From positions 1-33,246 of the forward strand of contig JBBQPO010000025.1 in assembly GCA_038217285.1 (NCBI GenBank): a stretch of 33,246 bases of DNA, in the 5' to 3' direction. The stretch comes from Chthonomonadales bacterium. GTDB taxonomy: Bacteria; Armatimonadota; Chthonomonadetes; Chthonomonadales; Chthonomonadaceae. The position numbers and the translations under genes are program-made. This document shows, in pieces, positions 1-9,739 of this stretch. Within the stretch, counting starts at the first letter, position 1. Each line of letters begins with the position of its first letter. Below the pieces are notes generated by a model. The model was not told the DNA's origin, did not search any database, and saw only the letters and a program-made list of their open reading frames with translations.

Positions 1-166
1 AAAATGCAAGTTTGCCGGACTATGGAGAGGGCTATTCCGTATGGCGGCAAGCGTTCGATGCGGGGGAAGCAGGAATTTTCACCCTCTCTGTGGCCGAATG
101 TATAGATGCCATCGAGCAGGGCCTTCTAGGCGAAACCGAAATTAAACCACTCAAAGAGGACAACCA

Positions 167-1063
167 ATGAAGAGACGACTGGAACTGCTGGCCCTCGGGC
201 TGTTGTTGGTGATCGCCGGTACGCAGGCACGGGCGCAGGGGAACGATCCGAACCATATCCGCGATGTCATCTATACCCATAAGGTAGGCGTGGCGCTGAC
301 GATGGATGTGTTCAAGCCGGCGAAACCCAACGGGGTCGGCGTGATCTGGATGGTCAGTGGCGGCTGGGTCTCCACCCATGAAGGGATCAATGCCGGTCTT
401 GCGCAGATCTTTACGAGTCGCGGCGACACCGTGTTCGAGGTCGTACACGGCAGCCAGCCGAAGTTTACCGTTCCCGAGATCGTGCAGGATATTAACCGCG
501 CGGTGCGGTTTGTCCGCTTCCATGCGGACGAGTATGGCGTCGATCCCAATCGGCTCGGTATCTCCGGGGCCAGCGCGGGCGGGCACCTCTCACTCATGAT
601 AGGGGCCAACGGCACAGACGGCCCGCCCGACGCCAAAGACCCGGTTAACCGCGTCAGCAGTGCGGTGCAGGCTGTCGCCTGCTTCTTCCCGCCCACCGAC
701 TTCCTGAACTACGGGAAGGAGGGCGCCAGCGCCCTGAAAATCGCGATGCTGCAGGGATACTGGCCGGCTTTCGGCGTAACCGACAAGACCCCACCGGAGG
801 AGGCAGAGCGTATCGGTCGCGTGATTTCGCCGATCTATGGCGTGACCGCGAAGATGCCGCCCACCCTCATCATTCATGGCGACGCCGATCCGCTCGTTCC
901 CATTCAGCAGTCCCAGCGTTTTATGGCAAAACTGGAGGAGATGAAGATTCCGCATCATCTGGAGGTGCGCCCCGGCAAAGGCCACGGCTGGATCGGCCTG
1001 GAGAAAGACATCCCCCTGCTGGCCGACTGGTTCGACAAGTATCTGGCCAAAAGCCCGAAATAG
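167..1063 (+). CDS. Secreted alpha/beta hydrolase (esterase/lipase, BD-FAE-like)
   Basis: N-terminal signal peptide (MKRR-hydrophobic-ARA/Q). SGGW oxyanion motif, GASAGG nucleophile elbow, HGDADPLVP acid motif and GKGHG histidine. SD-like AAGAGGA upstream. Confidence 0.9.
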   Translation: MKRRLELLALGLLLVIAGTQARAQGNDPNHIRDVIYTHKVGVALTMDVFKPAKPNGVGVIWMVSGGWVSTHEGINAGLAQIFTSRGDTVFEVVHGSQPKFTVPEIVQDINRAVRFVRFHADEYGVDPNRLGISGASAGGHLSLMIGANGTDGPPDAKDPVNRVSSAVQAVACFFPPTDFLNYGKEGASALKIAMLQGYWPAFGVTDKTPPEEAERIGRVISPIYGVTAKMPPTLIIHGDADPLVPIQQSQRFMAKLEEMKIPHHLEVRPGKGHGWIGLEKDIPLLADWFDKYLAKSPK

Positions 1064-1107
1064 GGACCATCAAGCCATCTCAACGAGGATCGGAGGCGTT
1101 TGAAGCG

Positions 1108-2439
1108 ATGGATAGACGAGGGTTTTTGACGGCGGCAGGAATGACCCTGGCCGCTCCGGCGATGGCCATGGAGCCACAGGAGCGCAAATACCGCGTGGGC
1201 GTGATCGGAACGGGATGGTACGGCAAGTGCGACCTGTTCCGGCTGATGCAGGTCGCGCCGGTAGAGGTCGTCTCGCTCTGCGATGTCGATAAGCGGATGC
1301 TGGCGGAAGCGGCGGAGATGACGGCGCAGCGGCAGGCGTCCCACAAGAAGCCGCGCAGCTACGCCGACTATCGCGAGATGCTCAAAGAGAAAGATCTCGA
1401 CATCGTGCTGATCGGCACCCCCGACCACTGGCACGCGCTAAACATGATCGCGGCGGTCGAAGCCGGCGCCGATGTCTACTGCCAGAAGCCGATCAGTGTG
1501 GACATCACCGAAGGGCAGGCCATGCTCGCCGCAGCTCGCAAATACAAGCGCGTCGTGCAGATCGGCACCCAGCGGCGCAGCACACCCCATATCGCCGAGG
1601 CGCGGGAGATCGTGCGCGCCGGCAAACTGGGCAAGATCGGGATGGTTGAGACCTGCTGCTACTACCACATGCGCGCCTCCGGACGCCCGGCCGACACAGC
1701 GCCGCCGGACACCCTCGACTGGGAGATGTGGACCGGGCCCGCTCCCCTACGGCCCTACAACCCGGTCGCGCATCCGCGCGGTTGGCGGGCCTTCATGGAG
1801 TACGGCAACGGCATTGTGGGCGATATGTGCGTACACATGCTCGATATGACCCGCTGGATGATGGGTCTGGGCTGGCCCAAAAGCGTCACCTCGACCGGCG
1901 GCATCTTCGTCGATAAGGGCAGCATCGCCAATATCTCCGACACCCAGACGGCGGCGTTCGACTATCGCGACACCCAGATCGTCTGGCAGCACCGGACCTG
2001 GGGCGCGCCCGCCGATCCGCAGTACCCGTGGAGTGCGATCCTCTATGGAGACCGAGGCACGCTCAAGGTCAGCGTCAATGGCTACGACTTCATTCCCAAT
2101 CAGGGCCCGGCGATCCATAGGGATGTCACGTTCGAGCTCGACAAGTATCCGGAGGACCGGACGGAGCGCGACCTCGAACAGCATGTCGCCCCTGCCATAC
2201 GCTACCACATGAAGGACTTCCTGAAAGCAGTCGCGGATCGCAGCCGCCCTGTCGCCGACATCGAGGAGGGGCATATCTCCACCGCGACCTGCATCCTGGC
2301 GAACCTTTCCATGAAACTGGGCCGCAGCCTGACCTGGGACGAGCACACCCAGAAGGTGCTGCACGACGACGAAGCCAACCGCCTCCTGAGTCGCCCCTAC
2401 CGCCGCCCCTGGGTGCATCCGCCCGCAGAGAAGGCCTGA
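1108..2439 (+). CDS. Tat-exported Gfo/Idh/MocA family oxidoreductase
   Basis: MDRRGFL twin-arginine motif, VGVIGTGWYG Rossmann motif, TPDHWH, YCQKP and GDMCVHMLD. GGAGG upstream. Confidence 0.92.
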   Translation: MDRRGFLTAAGMTLAAPAMAMEPQERKYRVGVIGTGWYGKCDLFRLMQVAPVEVVSLCDVDKRMLAEAAEMTAQRQASHKKPRSYADYREMLKEKDLDIVLIGTPDHWHALNMIAAVEAGADVYCQKPISVDITEGQAMLAAARKYKRVVQIGTQRRSTPHIAEAREIVRAGKLGKIGMVETCCYYHMRASGRPADTAPPDTLDWEMWTGPAPLRPYNPVAHPRGWRAFMEYGNGIVGDMCVHMLDMTRWMMGLGWPKSVTSTGGIFVDKGSIANISDTQTAAFDYRDTQIVWQHRTWGAPADPQYPWSAILYGDRGTLKVSVNGYDFIPNQGPAIHRDVTFELDKYPEDRTERDLEQHVAPAIRYHMKDFLKAVADRSRPVADIEEGHISTATCILANLSMKLGRSLTWDEHTQKVLHDDEANRLLSRPYRRPWVHPPAEKA

Positions 2440-2465
2440 CGGTGGCCAGCGTTTTGCCTCTGTGA

Positions 2466-2514
2466 GCCGCCCGTAAACGAGCGGCCTGATGCGGCAAGCC
2501 CCCTGAAGGGGACT
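2466..2514. repeat. REP-like palindrome pair downstream of the oxidoreductase
   Basis: GCCGCCCGT-AA-ACGAGCGGC (one mismatch) followed by AGCCCCC-TGAA-GGGGACT. Confidence 0.5.
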
Positions 2515-2594
2515 GTGCTGGTTGGCATGCTGGTTTAAGCTCGGAAGAGGAAGCGATCTCTTCACGTCATGGAGCGAAGCGGAGAACCTACTTT

Positions 2595-2680
2595 CAGTGC
2601 ACATAGGGCCGTTTACGGTCCTTACGAAAGGCAGACCGCTCCTTTAGGGGCGGGCTCTGCGACGGCCCTCATGCACACTG
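2595..2680. repeat. 86-nt element bounded by imperfect inverted repeats, with an internal IS200/IS605-like hairpin
   Basis: CAGTGCACATAGGGCCGT pairs with ACGGCCCTCATGCACACTG. Inner GCAGA-CCGCTCC-TTTA-GGGGCGG-GC-TCTGC. Confidence 0.5.
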
Positions 2681-2780
2681 GTAGTATATGTCACTTCGCG
2701 CGCATCGGAGTGTCAGACAAGAGAAGTGTCTGAAGAGCGTAATACGGTTCGGAAACATGGTGAATGGGCGAGGGCGAAGC

Positions 2781-5699
2781 GTGAGAAAACAGCGGCTTTT
2801 ACAAACGGGAATGGTGGGCGTCGGAACGGCTTCCGTCGTGTTATTCGGGTTGGCGGCGGCGGGTCAGCAGCAGAACTCTGCGCCGGTGGCGGTGGCAACG
2901 GCTCCGAAGCAAAATTCTGCACAGCCTATCGTTGCGCCGTCTCCTATGTTCGAGGCGAAGGTGCGGCCTCTGCTGCTCGCCTCCTGTGTCGGCTGCCATG
3001 GCAAGGAGAGCCCGGGCGGCGGGCTTCGGCTCGATGTCGCCGTCACGCCTGAGAAGGCGCAGGAGCTGATGCGGCGCATCAAGGGTGAGGGCGGGAAAGC
3101 GCGAATGCCGCTCGGCGCGCCGTTGCCGCAGGACAAGATCGCCATTCTCGAACAGTGGGTGAAAGAGGGTGCGGTCTGGCCGACCGGCGGCAAGCCCCTT
3201 GCCGGCCCAAGCCTCATGGAGAAGGGCAAGACGCACTGGGCCTTTCAGCCGCTCTCGCATCGCGCCGTGCCGAAGGTCAAAGCCGTCGGCTGGGTGCGCA
3301 ATCCGATTGACGCTTTTATCCTGAAGGGGCTCGAAGCGAAGGGGCTGACGCCGTCGCCGACCGCCACGCGCCGCGTACTGATCCGCCGCCTTTCCTACGA
3401 CCTTATCGGCCTGCCGCCGACCCCGGAAGAGGTCGCCGCATTCGAGGCCGATAAGGCTCCCAACGCGTACGACAAGCTCGTGGACCGCCTGCTGGCCTCC
3501 CCACACTACGGGGAGAAGTGGGGCCGACACTGGCTCGATCTCGTCCGCTATGCCGAGACGAACTCCTACGAGCGCGACAATCCCAAGCCCCACATCACCA
3601 AATATCGCGACTACGTGATCCGCGCTTTCAACGAGGACAAGCCCTACGACCGCTTTATCAAGGAGCAGCTCGCGGGCGACGAGATCCCGAACCCCTCCAC
3701 CGACGCCCTGACCGCCACAGCCTACTATCGGCTCGGCATCTGGGACGACGAGCCAGCCGACCTGAAGCAGGCCCAGTTCGACGATCTCGACGACCTTGTG
3801 ACCACGACAGGGCAGGCGTTCCTCGGACTGACGCTCGACTGCGCCCGCTGCCACGACCATAAGCTCGACCCGATCCCGCAGAAGGACTACTATCGGTTCG
3901 CCTCCTTTTTCCGCAACATCAACCGGTTCAAAAATGGCGGCCCCACGGACGAGCGTACCTGTTTCGCCACGCCCGAAGAGCAGCGTGACTACGAGCGCCG
4001 ACTGGCGGAGCGTGAGGCTAAAAGCAAGGCCAAGCTCGCGGAGATCGCGGCCCTCGATGCCGAGTTCCGCAAGCAGTTCCCCCATATCGTCAACGCCAAC
4101 GATCTGAGCGACCTGCACTACCGCTATTTCGAAGGGGCCTGGAACGGCTTCCCGAAATTCGACGCGCTCAAGCCAGCCACGACCGGCGTGTTGAACCCGG
4201 CCATGCTGACGCTGGCCCCACGCCGCCGCGACGAGAACATCGGTTTCGTCTACGAGGGTGTACTGAACGTCCCGGTGGCCGGCGACTACACCTTTATGCT
4301 CGACAGCGACGACGGCTCCCGCCTCTTGATCGACGGCAAGAAGATCGTCGAGAAGGATACGCCGGGCGGGCAGGGTATGGAGAAACAGGCCAAAGTCCAT
4401 CTCGCCGCCGGACACGTCTCCTTCCGCCTCGACTACTATCAGGGCGGCTCCGAGTTCGGCCTCAGCGTGGGCTGGAGCGGACCCAACTTTGCGCGCCGTC
4501 CGCTCTCCACGCTGGAAAGCTGTGACGAACGTGGTTTCCCCACCCTGCGTAGCGCCGAGTTGCCGGTCGTGCTGGGGGCCGAGAAGGCGAAGCAGCTCGA
4601 CACACTCGTAAAAGAGAAGGCGGTGTTGGACAAGCAGGACGTGCCGACCGAGAAGGTGCTGGTCGTGAGCGAGGCCGGGCCGAAAGCGCCGGATATGTTC
4701 CTCCTGCAGCGCGGCAACCCGGCGACTCCCGGCGACAAAGTCGAGCCCGGCTTCCCGCTCTGCGCCTCGGGCGGACCCGCGCTTGTGCCCGCCCCGCCAG
4801 CCGGAGCGACCACGACAGGACGCCGCACCGCGCTCGCCAACTGGCTCTCCACGCCGAGCAATCCTCTGACCGCCCGCGTCATGGTCAACCGCCTCTGGCA
4901 GCATCACTTCGGACACGGTCTGGTGCGGACGCCCAACGATTTCGGCCTGACCGGTGCGCGCCCCACCCACCCGGCGCTCCTCGACTGGCTGGCGAACGAG
5001 TTTATCGCGCAAGGCTGGAGCTTTAAGAAGATGCATCGGCTGATCCTGACCAGCAACGCCTACAAACAGGCGTCGTCCCCGAATGCAAAAGGGCTGGCGA
5101 AGGATCCTATCAACGATCTCTGCTGGCGGTTCGACATGCGCCGTCTCGATGCCGAAGAGGTGCGCGACTCGGTTCTCGCAGTCTGCGGCAACCTGAACCT
5201 GACCATGTTCGGCCCGAGCATCTACCCCGAACTGCCGAAAGACATCATCGCGGCGCAGACGACGCCCGGCGCAGACTGGTATACGGCCCGAATGAAGCCG
5301 GAAGACCTGAACCGGCGCAGCATCTATATCCATGTGAAACGCTCGCTGATCTATCCCCTGCTGGCGAGCTTCGACCTGCCGGAGACGGATCGCACCACGC
5401 CGACCCGCTTCAGCTCCACCCAGCCGACTCAGGCGCTCAGTATGATGAACGGCCCGCTGCTCAACAAGCAGGCGGCGATCCTGGCGGAGCGCGTCCGGCA
5501 CGAGGCCGCCAGCGATCCGCACGCTTTTACCGCTCGCCTCTTCTCGCTCGCCATGCAGCGCCCGCCGACCGAGAAGGAGATCTCCGTGGGGATGGCGCTC
5601 CTGACCCGACTGCAACAGCGCGGCGTCAAACCGGACCAGGCGCAGATCTATCTGAGCCTGATGGCGCTCAACTTGAACGAGTTTCTCTACCTGGATTGA
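2781..5699 (+). CDS. Planctomycete-type cytochrome c / DUF1549 / PA14 / DUF1553 (PSD1) protein
   Basis: CVGCH and CARCHDHK CxxCH motifs, HWAFQP...NPIDAFI, WGRHWLDLVRYAET, PA14 motif YTFMLDSDDGSRLLIDG, NPLTARVMVNRLWQHHFG and terminal LNEFLYLD. Start placed at the in-frame GTG 2781 before the signal-like segment (ORF is open from 2688). Confidence 0.9.
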   Translation: MRKQRLLQTGMVGVGTASVVLFGLAAAGQQQNSAPVAVATAPKQNSAQPIVAPSPMFEAKVRPLLLASCVGCHGKESPGGGLRLDVAVTPEKAQELMRRIKGEGGKARMPLGAPLPQDKIAILEQWVKEGAVWPTGGKPLAGPSLMEKGKTHWAFQPLSHRAVPKVKAVGWVRNPIDAFILKGLEAKGLTPSPTATRRVLIRRLSYDLIGLPPTPEEVAAFEADKAPNAYDKLVDRLLASPHYGEKWGRHWLDLVRYAETNSYERDNPKPHITKYRDYVIRAFNEDKPYDRFIKEQLAGDEIPNPSTDALTATAYYRLGIWDDEPADLKQAQFDDLDDLVTTTGQAFLGLTLDCARCHDHKLDPIPQKDYYRFASFFRNINRFKNGGPTDERTCFATPEEQRDYERRLAEREAKSKAKLAEIAALDAEFRKQFPHIVNANDLSDLHYRYFEGAWNGFPKFDALKPATTGVLNPAMLTLAPRRRDENIGFVYEGVLNVPVAGDYTFMLDSDDGSRLLIDGKKIVEKDTPGGQGMEKQAKVHLAAGHVSFRLDYYQGGSEFGLSVGWSGPNFARRPLSTLESCDERGFPTLRSAELPVVLGAEKAKQLDTLVKEKAVLDKQDVPTEKVLVVSEAGPKAPDMFLLQRGNPATPGDKVEPGFPLCASGGPALVPAPPAGATTTGRRTALANWLSTPSNPLTARVMVNRLWQHHFGHGLVRTPNDFGLTGARPTHPALLDWLANEFIAQGWSFKKMHRLILTSNAYKQASSPNAKGLAKDPINDLCWRFDMRRLDAEEVRDSVLAVCGNLNLTMFGPSIYPELPKDIIAAQTTPGADWYTARMKPEDLNRRSIYIHVKRSLIYPLLASFDLPETDRTTPTRFSSTQPTQALSMMNGPLLNKQAAILAERVRHEAASDPHAFTARLFSLAMQRPPTEKEISVGMALLTRLQQRGVKPDQAQIYLSLMALNLNEFLYLD

Positions 5700-5727
5700 G
5701 GATGCGGGAAGCGTAAGGACGAGGTTA

Positions 5728-7197
5728 ATGATGAACGGTCTTTGTAAGAATACGCGGCGGGAGTTTCTGTGGGAGGCGGGCGCGGGCTTTACCGGCCTGG
5801 CGCTGACCGGCCTGCTGGCCGCCGACGGCTTTTTTGCGGAGCAGGCTCACGCCGCGCCGCCTTTACTCCGCCCGACGGCTGCGAAGCTGCCGATCAACCC
5901 GCTCGCGCCAAAGCCGCCGATGTTTCCGGCCAAAGCCAAGAGTGTGATCTTCCTCTTCATGTACGGCGGGCCGAGTCAGCTCGACACCTTCGACTACAAG
6001 CCGCATCTGGTCGGGCGCGACGGCCAGACCATCACCGTTCGCAGCTTCCGCGAAGGCAATGTGCCAAAGCAGTTGAAGCTTATGGAGCCACGCTGGAAGT
6101 TCAAGCCGTACGGTAAGTGCGGCAAGTATGTCTCCGATCTCTACCCGCATACCGCCGAATATGTGGACGATATGGCGTTCATCCACTCGCTCTACTCCGA
6201 CGCCCCGGTGCACGGCTCGGCGATGCTGCAGATGAACACCGGCAAGATTTTGAGCGGCAGTCCCAGCCTCGGCTCCTGGATCAACTACGGCCTGGGCACC
6301 GTCAACCAAAACCTGCCCGGCTTTGTGGTGATGACCGACACGACGGGAGGACCGATCTCCGGCGCGAAGAACTGGTCGTCGGGCTATATGCCCGCCGCTT
6401 ACCAGGGCACTGTGCTGCGCGCCGCCGGCGACCCCATACTCGACCTGTCGCGCCCGGCCGGCATGACAGGCGAGGTCCAGCGCGACATGCTCGATTCGCT
6501 GGGCAAATTAAACGAGACGCACCGCGTCTCCCGCGCCGACAACTCCAATCTCGCGGCCCGCATCTCCAGCTACGAGCTGGCCTACAATATGCAGAGCCAT
6601 GCGCCGGAAGCCGTGGATATCTCGAAAGAGACCGAGGCGACGAAGGCGATGTACGGGCTTGATCGCGACGAGACCAAAGACTTCGGCTACCGCTGCCTGC
6701 TGGCGCGGCGACTGGTGGAGCAGGGCGTCCGGTTCGTGCAGCTCTACGCAGGCGGCGGCGACACCGACTTCCTAAACTTCTGGGACGCGCACGGCAATCT
6801 GGTCGCCAACCACAACCGCAACGCCCTGCGCACCGATAAGCCGATCGCCGGCCTGCTGAAAGACCTGAAACAGCGCGGTCTGCTGGACGAGACGCTGATC
6901 GTCTGGGGCGGTGAGTTCGGCCGCACCTCCCACGGCACCGGCGACGGGCGCGACCACAACGCCTACGGCTACACCATGTGGATGGCGGGCGGCGGCATCA
7001 AGGGGGGCGTCTCGGCAGGCGAGACCGACGAACTCGGCATGGAGGCCGCCGTCGACCGCTATCATGTGAAAAACCTGCACGCCACCATTCTGCATCAGAT
7101 GGGCATCGACCCCAACCGTCTCGGCTATCTCTACAACGGCCTCAACCAGAAACTGGTTGGCGTCGTTCCCACCGAGCCCATCTCCTCGATAATTTAA
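5728..7197 (+). CDS. DUF1501 domain protein (Tat signal)
   Basis: TRREFL twin-arginine motif, AKSVIFLFMYGGPSQLDTFDYKP, LLARRLVEQGVRFVQL, WGGEFGRT and GRDHN. Canonical position after a DUF1553 gene; GAGG SD. Confidence 0.92.
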   Translation: MMNGLCKNTRREFLWEAGAGFTGLALTGLLAADGFFAEQAHAAPPLLRPTAAKLPINPLAPKPPMFPAKAKSVIFLFMYGGPSQLDTFDYKPHLVGRDGQTITVRSFREGNVPKQLKLMEPRWKFKPYGKCGKYVSDLYPHTAEYVDDMAFIHSLYSDAPVHGSAMLQMNTGKILSGSPSLGSWINYGLGTVNQNLPGFVVMTDTTGGPISGAKNWSSGYMPAAYQGTVLRAAGDPILDLSRPAGMTGEVQRDMLDSLGKLNETHRVSRADNSNLAARISSYELAYNMQSHAPEAVDISKETEATKAMYGLDRDETKDFGYRCLLARRLVEQGVRFVQLYAGGGDTDFLNFWDAHGNLVANHNRNALRTDKPIAGLLKDLKQRGLLDETLIVWGGEFGRTSHGTGDGRDHNAYGYTMWMAGGGIKGGVSAGETDELGMEAAVDRYHVKNLHATILHQMGIDPNRLGYLYNGLNQKLVGVVPTEPISSII

Positions 7198-7212
7198 GAA
7201 GGAGTTGGCAGG

Positions 7213-8283
7213 ATGCCGGACGATTTCGACTACTCCAAGCCGGTTGACCGCAATCGGCTTATAGATCCCTCGACCCCGATCTTTACCGCCATTTTGATCG
7301 CGCTCTGCGTCGTCTTCACGGCGGCGTTCCTGCTTGCCCCCCAAAATGATAAAAGCAATGTCCTCGTCAGGCTCAGCGATTTCGCAGTACCGGGTCCAGA
7401 ACAGGTCTGGGATGGTCACTATCTCGGCCTCTTCACCTCGTTTTTCGTCCATCTAAGCCTGATGCACATTGCGTTCAACATGCTGTGGCTCTGGCGGCTG
7501 GGCGGTACGCTGGAGAAAACCGTTCCCCTGTGGAAATATGTCCTGTTTCTGGTCGGCGGAACGGTGGTTGGCTCCTGCTGTGAGCTTCTCATCTCCGGCC
7601 AGACCGGAGCCGGTGCCTCCGGGGCAGGCTATGCCCTGATGGGCTTGCTCTGGGCCGGACGAGGCTTCCACGACTCCTGGCGACGCATGGCGACGCGAGA
7701 GAATATGCAGTTGTTTCTGGTCTGGGGAGTCCTCTGCATCTTCCTGACCGCGACCCACACCATGGCCATCGCCAACGGCGCGCACTTCGGCGGCTTTCTG
7801 TTCGGCCTCGCCATCGGCAATCTCTTCTTCTCGCCACGCCGTAAGCCCATCTGGATCCCGGCTCTTGTTTTTCTGGCCGCTGTCTGCGTCGTCTCGCTGA
7901 CCTGGATGCCGTGGTCCTCCACCTGGAACTGGTACAAAGGCAATCAGGCTTATGACCGTCATCACTACAAAGATGCGATCGCCTACGGCGAACGCGGTTT
8001 ACGCCTGGGCGATGACAGAGCCGGCTTCCTGCACAACATTGGGGTCTCCTGGAATAGGCTCTCCGAAGAGGAGAGTGCGAAGGGGCATAATGAGGATGCC
8101 GCTGCTGCGGAAGCAAAGGCGAAAGCCAGGTTCGCAGAAGAGGACGCGTTGAAGGCAACTTTGCAATCGGCTTCAACGCCTTCGGAGAACGGGTCAGACG
8201 GTTCGGGACAGCGTTATCCGGTGGGTCGGAAAGCCGGGCCGCAGGAAGCTCTCCCTTCGCAAAATAGAGATAAAGGACCATAG
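7213..8283 (+). CDS. Rhomboid family intramembrane serine protease with a C-terminal TPR-like region
   Basis: HLSLMHIAFNM, catalytic GASG and AHFGG, several TM helices, and a TPR-like WYKGNQAY...AIAY...LHNIGV segment. AAGGAG SD. Confidence 0.88.
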   Translation: MPDDFDYSKPVDRNRLIDPSTPIFTAILIALCVVFTAAFLLAPQNDKSNVLVRLSDFAVPGPEQVWDGHYLGLFTSFFVHLSLMHIAFNMLWLWRLGGTLEKTVPLWKYVLFLVGGTVVGSCCELLISGQTGAGASGAGYALMGLLWAGRGFHDSWRRMATRENMQLFLVWGVLCIFLTATHTMAIANGAHFGGFLFGLAIGNLFFSPRRKPIWIPALVFLAAVCVVSLTWMPWSSTWNWYKGNQAYDRHHYKDAIAYGERGLRLGDDRAGFLHNIGVSWNRLSEEESAKGHNEDAAAAEAKAKARFAEEDALKATLQSASTPSENGSDGSGQRYPVGRKAGPQEALPSQNRDKGP

Positions 8284-8285
8284 CC

Positions 8286-9182
8286 TTGGAAAAACGCAGA
8301 TTGGGACGAACGGGATTGGAAGTGACCGTGCTCGGCTTCGGCGGCGCGGAGGTCGGGTTTCAGAGCGCGGAGCAGGCGACCGTGACGCAACTGCTCAACA
8401 GCGCCCTGGACGCAGGCCTCAACTTGATCGACACAGCCGAGTGTTACGGCTCCAGCGAGGAGCTGATCGGGAACGCGGTCGCGCACCGCCGTAAGGAGTT
8501 TCATCTCTTCACCAAGTGCGGCCACGCCTCCGGCATAGATCTGCCGGACTGGGACCCGAAGCTGCTGGAGCAGAGTATCGAGCGCAGTCTACAGCGCCTG
8601 AAAACCGATCATCTCGACCTCGTGCAGTTGCATACCTGTTCCGAGGAGAAGCTGCGACAGGGCGACGTGATTGCCGTGATGCAGAAGGCGCGCGATGCCG
8701 GGAAAACACGCTTTATCGGCTACAGCGGCGACAGCAATGCCGCGCTGTATGCAGTGCAGTGCGGCGCTTTCGATACGCTGCAGACCTCCGTCAGCATCGC
8801 CGATCAGGAGTGCCTTGGCCTCACCCTTCCGGAGGCGGTCAAACACGACATCGGCGTCATCGCCAAGCGTCCGATCGCCAACGCGGCCTGGCGCACCGGC
8901 AGCAAGCCCGACAACGGCTATGTCCATACCTACTGGGGCCGCCTGCAAGAGCTCGACTACGACTTCCTGCGCGGCGACCTCAACGAGTCTATCGCGACTG
9001 CCCTGCGCTTCACCCTCTCTTCGCCCGGCGTCCATACCGCTATCGTCGGCACCGCCAATCCCGACCGCTGGCGCAGCAACGCCGAGCTCGCACGCCGCGG
9101 CAATTTGCCCGCCGAGGAGTACGAAGCCCTCCGCGCCCGCTGGTACGCCATCGCCCGCCCCGACTGGACCGGGCAGGCGTAG
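8286..9182 (+). CDS. Aldo/keto reductase
   Basis: RRLGRTGLEVTVLGFG, IDTAECYG, FTKCG and SLQRLKTDHLDLVQLH supply the D/Y/K/H tetrad. TTG start with AAAGGA upstream. Confidence 0.92.
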   Translation: MEKRRLGRTGLEVTVLGFGGAEVGFQSAEQATVTQLLNSALDAGLNLIDTAECYGSSEELIGNAVAHRRKEFHLFTKCGHASGIDLPDWDPKLLEQSIERSLQRLKTDHLDLVQLHTCSEEKLRQGDVIAVMQKARDAGKTRFIGYSGDSNAALYAVQCGAFDTLQTSVSIADQECLGLTLPEAVKHDIGVIAKRPIANAAWRTGSKPDNGYVHTYWGRLQELDYDFLRGDLNESIATALRFTLSSPGVHTAIVGTANPDRWRSNAELARRGNLPAEEYEALRARWYAIARPDWTGQA

Positions 9183-9209
9183 ACCTTCAAACCGGAGCGA
9201 CCCGACAAG

Positions 9210-9623
9210 ATGACAAGCACGAAGCGGCGCACTCTGCGGTTTGCGATAGTCTCCGGACTGGCCGTCCTCGTGCTTGCCTGTGTCGCCGTCAATGCCTTCC
9301 GCAGCAGTCAACGGAACCTGCACCTGATGGACGCGGTGGACAGAGGCGATAAGGCGCAGGTGCGTGCGCTCCTGGCGCAGGGCGCGAATCCCAATTCGCA
9401 TAACTCCCCGGTCCACCTCAACTGGAGAGATGTCGATCGCCTGATTTGCTGTGGGCGCCGGCCTGGGCGCCAAGAAGCGACCGTCCTGATGCAGGCGGCT
9501 TACAACGGCAACGATCAGATGCTGCAAGCGCTTCTGAAGGCGGGCGGAGATGTACACGACGAAACCAGTTATGGCCGGACGCCGCTTATATTCGCCGTTG
9601 ATGAAGCCAATGATAGCGACTGC
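9210..9623 (+). pseudogene. Membrane-anchored ankyrin-repeat gene, apparently 3'-truncated (ORF runs on to 9893 through non-coding-like DNA)
   Basis: N-terminal TM segment, then ankyrin motifs LMDAVDRGDKAQVRALLAQGANPN, LMQAAYNGN..LLKAGGDV and GRTPLIFAV. Similarity stops mid-repeat near 9620. Confidence 0.6.
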
Positions 9624-9710
9624 GAACAAGGCGATTTCCGTTCCCCTCACCCTGACATTTTCGCCGCTGCCTCGTTGCAGCAATCCCGTACAATAATTTT
9701 TTTCCCCCCA

Positions 9711-9739
9711 GGAAACTTTCTGTCTACTTCTGTCGTCTA
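9711..9739 (+). promoter_or_regulatory. Putative ECF sigma factor promoter
   Basis: GGAAAC-17 nt-CGTCTA matches the AAC/CGT ECF consensus. It is preceded by a T tract and lies about 120 nt upstream of the probable start of the next gene. Confidence 0.6.

Noticed and set aside
2841..5615. 924-aa antisense ORF, and similar long shadows at 11029-13404, 18677-20464, 20425-21708 and 31041-32990
   Set aside because: Each lies opposite a well-supported gene and has no recognisable motifs. Long antisense ORFs are expected from high-GC codon bias.
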